Below, one piece after another: positions 61,803-64,000 of a DNA stretch of 64,000 bases. The DNA is from Octopus sinensis (Eukaryota): NCBI RefSeq assembly GCF_006345805.1, contig NC_043001.1, positions 55,862,001 to 55,926,000 of the forward strand. Reading direction: 5' to 3'. Position 1 is the stretch's first letter; the number at the start of each line of letters is the position of its first letter. The notes beneath the pieces are model-generated. The model was given only the letters and a program-made list of their open reading frames with translations. It did no database searches and was not told where the DNA came from. Made by a program: the position numbers and the translations under genes.

Positions 61803-61807
61803 TATAT

Positions 61808-61839
<32 letters not shown>

Positions 61840-62869
61840 ATGTACAAACAAAACAATGGTTACAATGCACTCAATACTAACAGTAGGATGATAAAAGAAA
61901 TAATGAATAAAACTGACAAAGATCAAAATCACTTATTTTAATGCAGTTTCTTCTCTTGAATCTTCAGAATATTATTCCAGAGAATTGAGAGCAGTTATAA
62001 TATCATTCCAATTCTATACTTTAAATATATAACCTGGAATATTTAGAGCACTGTGTTGTAAGGTTTTGACCTACAATGATGGTTGTCAAAGTATAAAAAT
62101 TTTGGCTTTGTTTATGAAATAACATTGTTTTCCTTTTATATCAGCTGGGTAGGGTGGGGTGGGGTGGGGCAGCGTTATATAAGCAGTTATATTTCATATA
62201 ACTTCCTTTTTCAATCTGCTGAAGATAGAAATATCACATTGAATATATTTATGTATATGTGTGTGAGTGACAACCATAATTATGTCCAAGAAGATAACAC
62301 ACCAAAAACATACATATACACACACATACACATGTATCTATTATATGAAAGTGCAAACGATAAATTCCTGCGGTGTAAAAAATCTGTCACACTGTGGAAA
62401 GGGAATGGTAAAAGTGAGTGTGTGCAATGAAGGAAGAGGGAGGGTGTGGTTCTGATGACTGCTACAGCTATTAGCACACATATATTCACACGCACACAAA
62501 TGCTCTTGATGCACACATTCACAAACATGTACATGACAATTAGCTGTGTGTGTTTGTGTGTGTGTGAAATTGGGGTAAGTGCATAAGTGCATACGCCATT
62601 AGATTTCATATATGTAGGAACTAAAAGTGTTATTTTAATGAAAAATATTGTTTATCCTTAAGTTATGAGTAAAATATTCCATTTTGCTAATTTCAGTCAA
62701 ATGTTCAATAAACTTGATTTATTTTGTTATGTTGCCTGAATGTAATTAGGTACTATATATGTTATTTGTGTGTGGATAACTTATAAATAAAACATTTAAA
62801 GTGCTCTATTGATCTCTAGTATTTTCTGGTTGTTTCTAATTAAACTGTGGAATATCTATGAGGTCAGCT

Positions 62870-62872
62870 AGC

Positions 62873-62925
<53 letters not shown>

Positions 62926-63008
62926 CATATATATACATAATATACATACATATATATATATATATATAGATATATATATATATATATATATACATATACA
63001 TACATACA

Positions 63009-63068
<60 letters not shown>
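62870..63068 (+). repeat. (TA)n/(CA)n/(CATA)n compound tract
   Basis: Direct reading. Confidence 0.95.
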
Positions 63069-63070
<2 letters not shown>

Positions 63071-63206
63071 TAGGTGAATGAATTATCCTAGCATGGAAAA
63101 TTCGTTTAACCGATACCTGGGTAGCAAATTCACGTCAGAAAACACGGTTGAAGCGACCTGTCAAGGGTAGAAACTCCGGGTTCTTGTGTGGAAATTTGTG
63201 TGTTTT

Positions 63207-63331
63207 TATATGAATAAATGAAAGAATGGAGTCGAACGAAGATTTTAACAAAATTCCTTTACTCTTGTGTCGAGAGTAAAGGAATTTTGTTAAAATCTTC
63301 GTTCGACTCCATTCTTTCATTTATTCATATA
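63207..63331. repeat. Perfect 59-bp inverted repeat with 7-nt loop
   Basis: Arms 63207-63265 and 63273-63331 are exact reverse complements. Confidence 0.95.
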
Positions 63332-63519
63332 TATATATACCAAAATAAGCACATAAATGTAAAACCAGGTGGGGAAAAATAGTACTTGATACCGGTGGTA
63401 GAGTAATATGCTTTAGACTCTTCACGGGAACATGAAACTCTGAGCAGAAGTTTACTGTGATATTTTTGTGATGTTTTTGCAGATTTAATTATAATGATAA
63501 TGTATATATATATATATAT

Positions 63520-63665
63520 ATCATCATCATCATCATCATCATCATCAATTAACGTCCGCTTTCCATGCTAGCATGGGTTGGACGGTTCAACTGGGGTCTG
63601 GGGAGCCCGAAAGCTGCACCAGTCCAGTCAGATCTGGCAGTGTTTCTACAGCTGGATGCCCTTCC
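63520..63665 (-). mobile_element. Family D repeat terminus, CpG-retaining
   Basis: (atc)n aattaacgtccgctttccatgctagcatgggttggacgg...ctggatgcccttcc. Confidence 0.8.
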
Positions 63666-63764
63666 TATATATATATATGTATGTATGTATACACACACAC
63701 ACAGATATATCTATATAGATGTAGCTATATACTCACATATATACATATATATATTATTATTACT

Positions 63765-63962
63765 GTTGTTAGCACCTAGGCAAAATGCTTCGTAGCATTT
63801 CGCCTGTCTTTACATTAGGAGTTCAGATTCTGCCGAGGTTGACTTTGTCTTTCATCCTTTTGGGGGTTGATAAACTAAGTACCATTTGAGCACTGGGGTC
63901 TATATAATCAAGTTACCCCTTCCCCAAAGTTGCTGACCTTGTGCCAAAATTTGAAACCATTA
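63765..63962 (+). mobile_element. SINE family B
   Basis: tgttagcacctaggcaaaatgc...ctttcatcctttt...ccaaaatttgaaaccattattatt. Confidence 0.8.
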
Positions 63963-64000
63963 TTATTATTATTATGCTGGTGTCACGTAACTGTCACTTA

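Overview
AT-rich (by eye) eukaryotic DNA saturated with microsatellites and old mobile elements. The tRNA-headed SINE families and (TA)/(CA)/(ATT)/(GAT) tracts look like an octopod (Octopus-like) genome, which is my inference and not a database result. I recognise no host protein-coding gene, rRNA, true tRNA gene or CRISPR array; almost all listed ORFs are microsatellite translations. Well supported content: (i) at least four SINE-like families, including a dimeric form with TSDs; (ii) decayed retroelements (RTE, an RTE-X-like zinc-finger tail, restriction-like-endonuclease LINEs, a Penelope-like GIY-YIG element); (iii) DNA transposons (two mariner derivatives, a Tc2-type element, a Tigger/pogo transposase remnant, a hAT element with 8-bp TSD and nested insertions, TTAA-flanked MITEs); (iv) near-exact tandem duplications of 216 bp and 1323 bp and an older ~2.4 kb-period duplication; (v) a striking set of long fold-back palindromes, several in (TA)n tracts, plus degenerate hammerhead-like motifs of the Penelope type. 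Several strong minus-strand splice signals, including a textbook AG|GTAAGT recursive-type site, hint that the window is intronic sequence of a large minus-strand gene, but this is unproven. Interspersed-repeat coordinates are approximate (about +/-10 bp) unless TSD/TIR positions are given.
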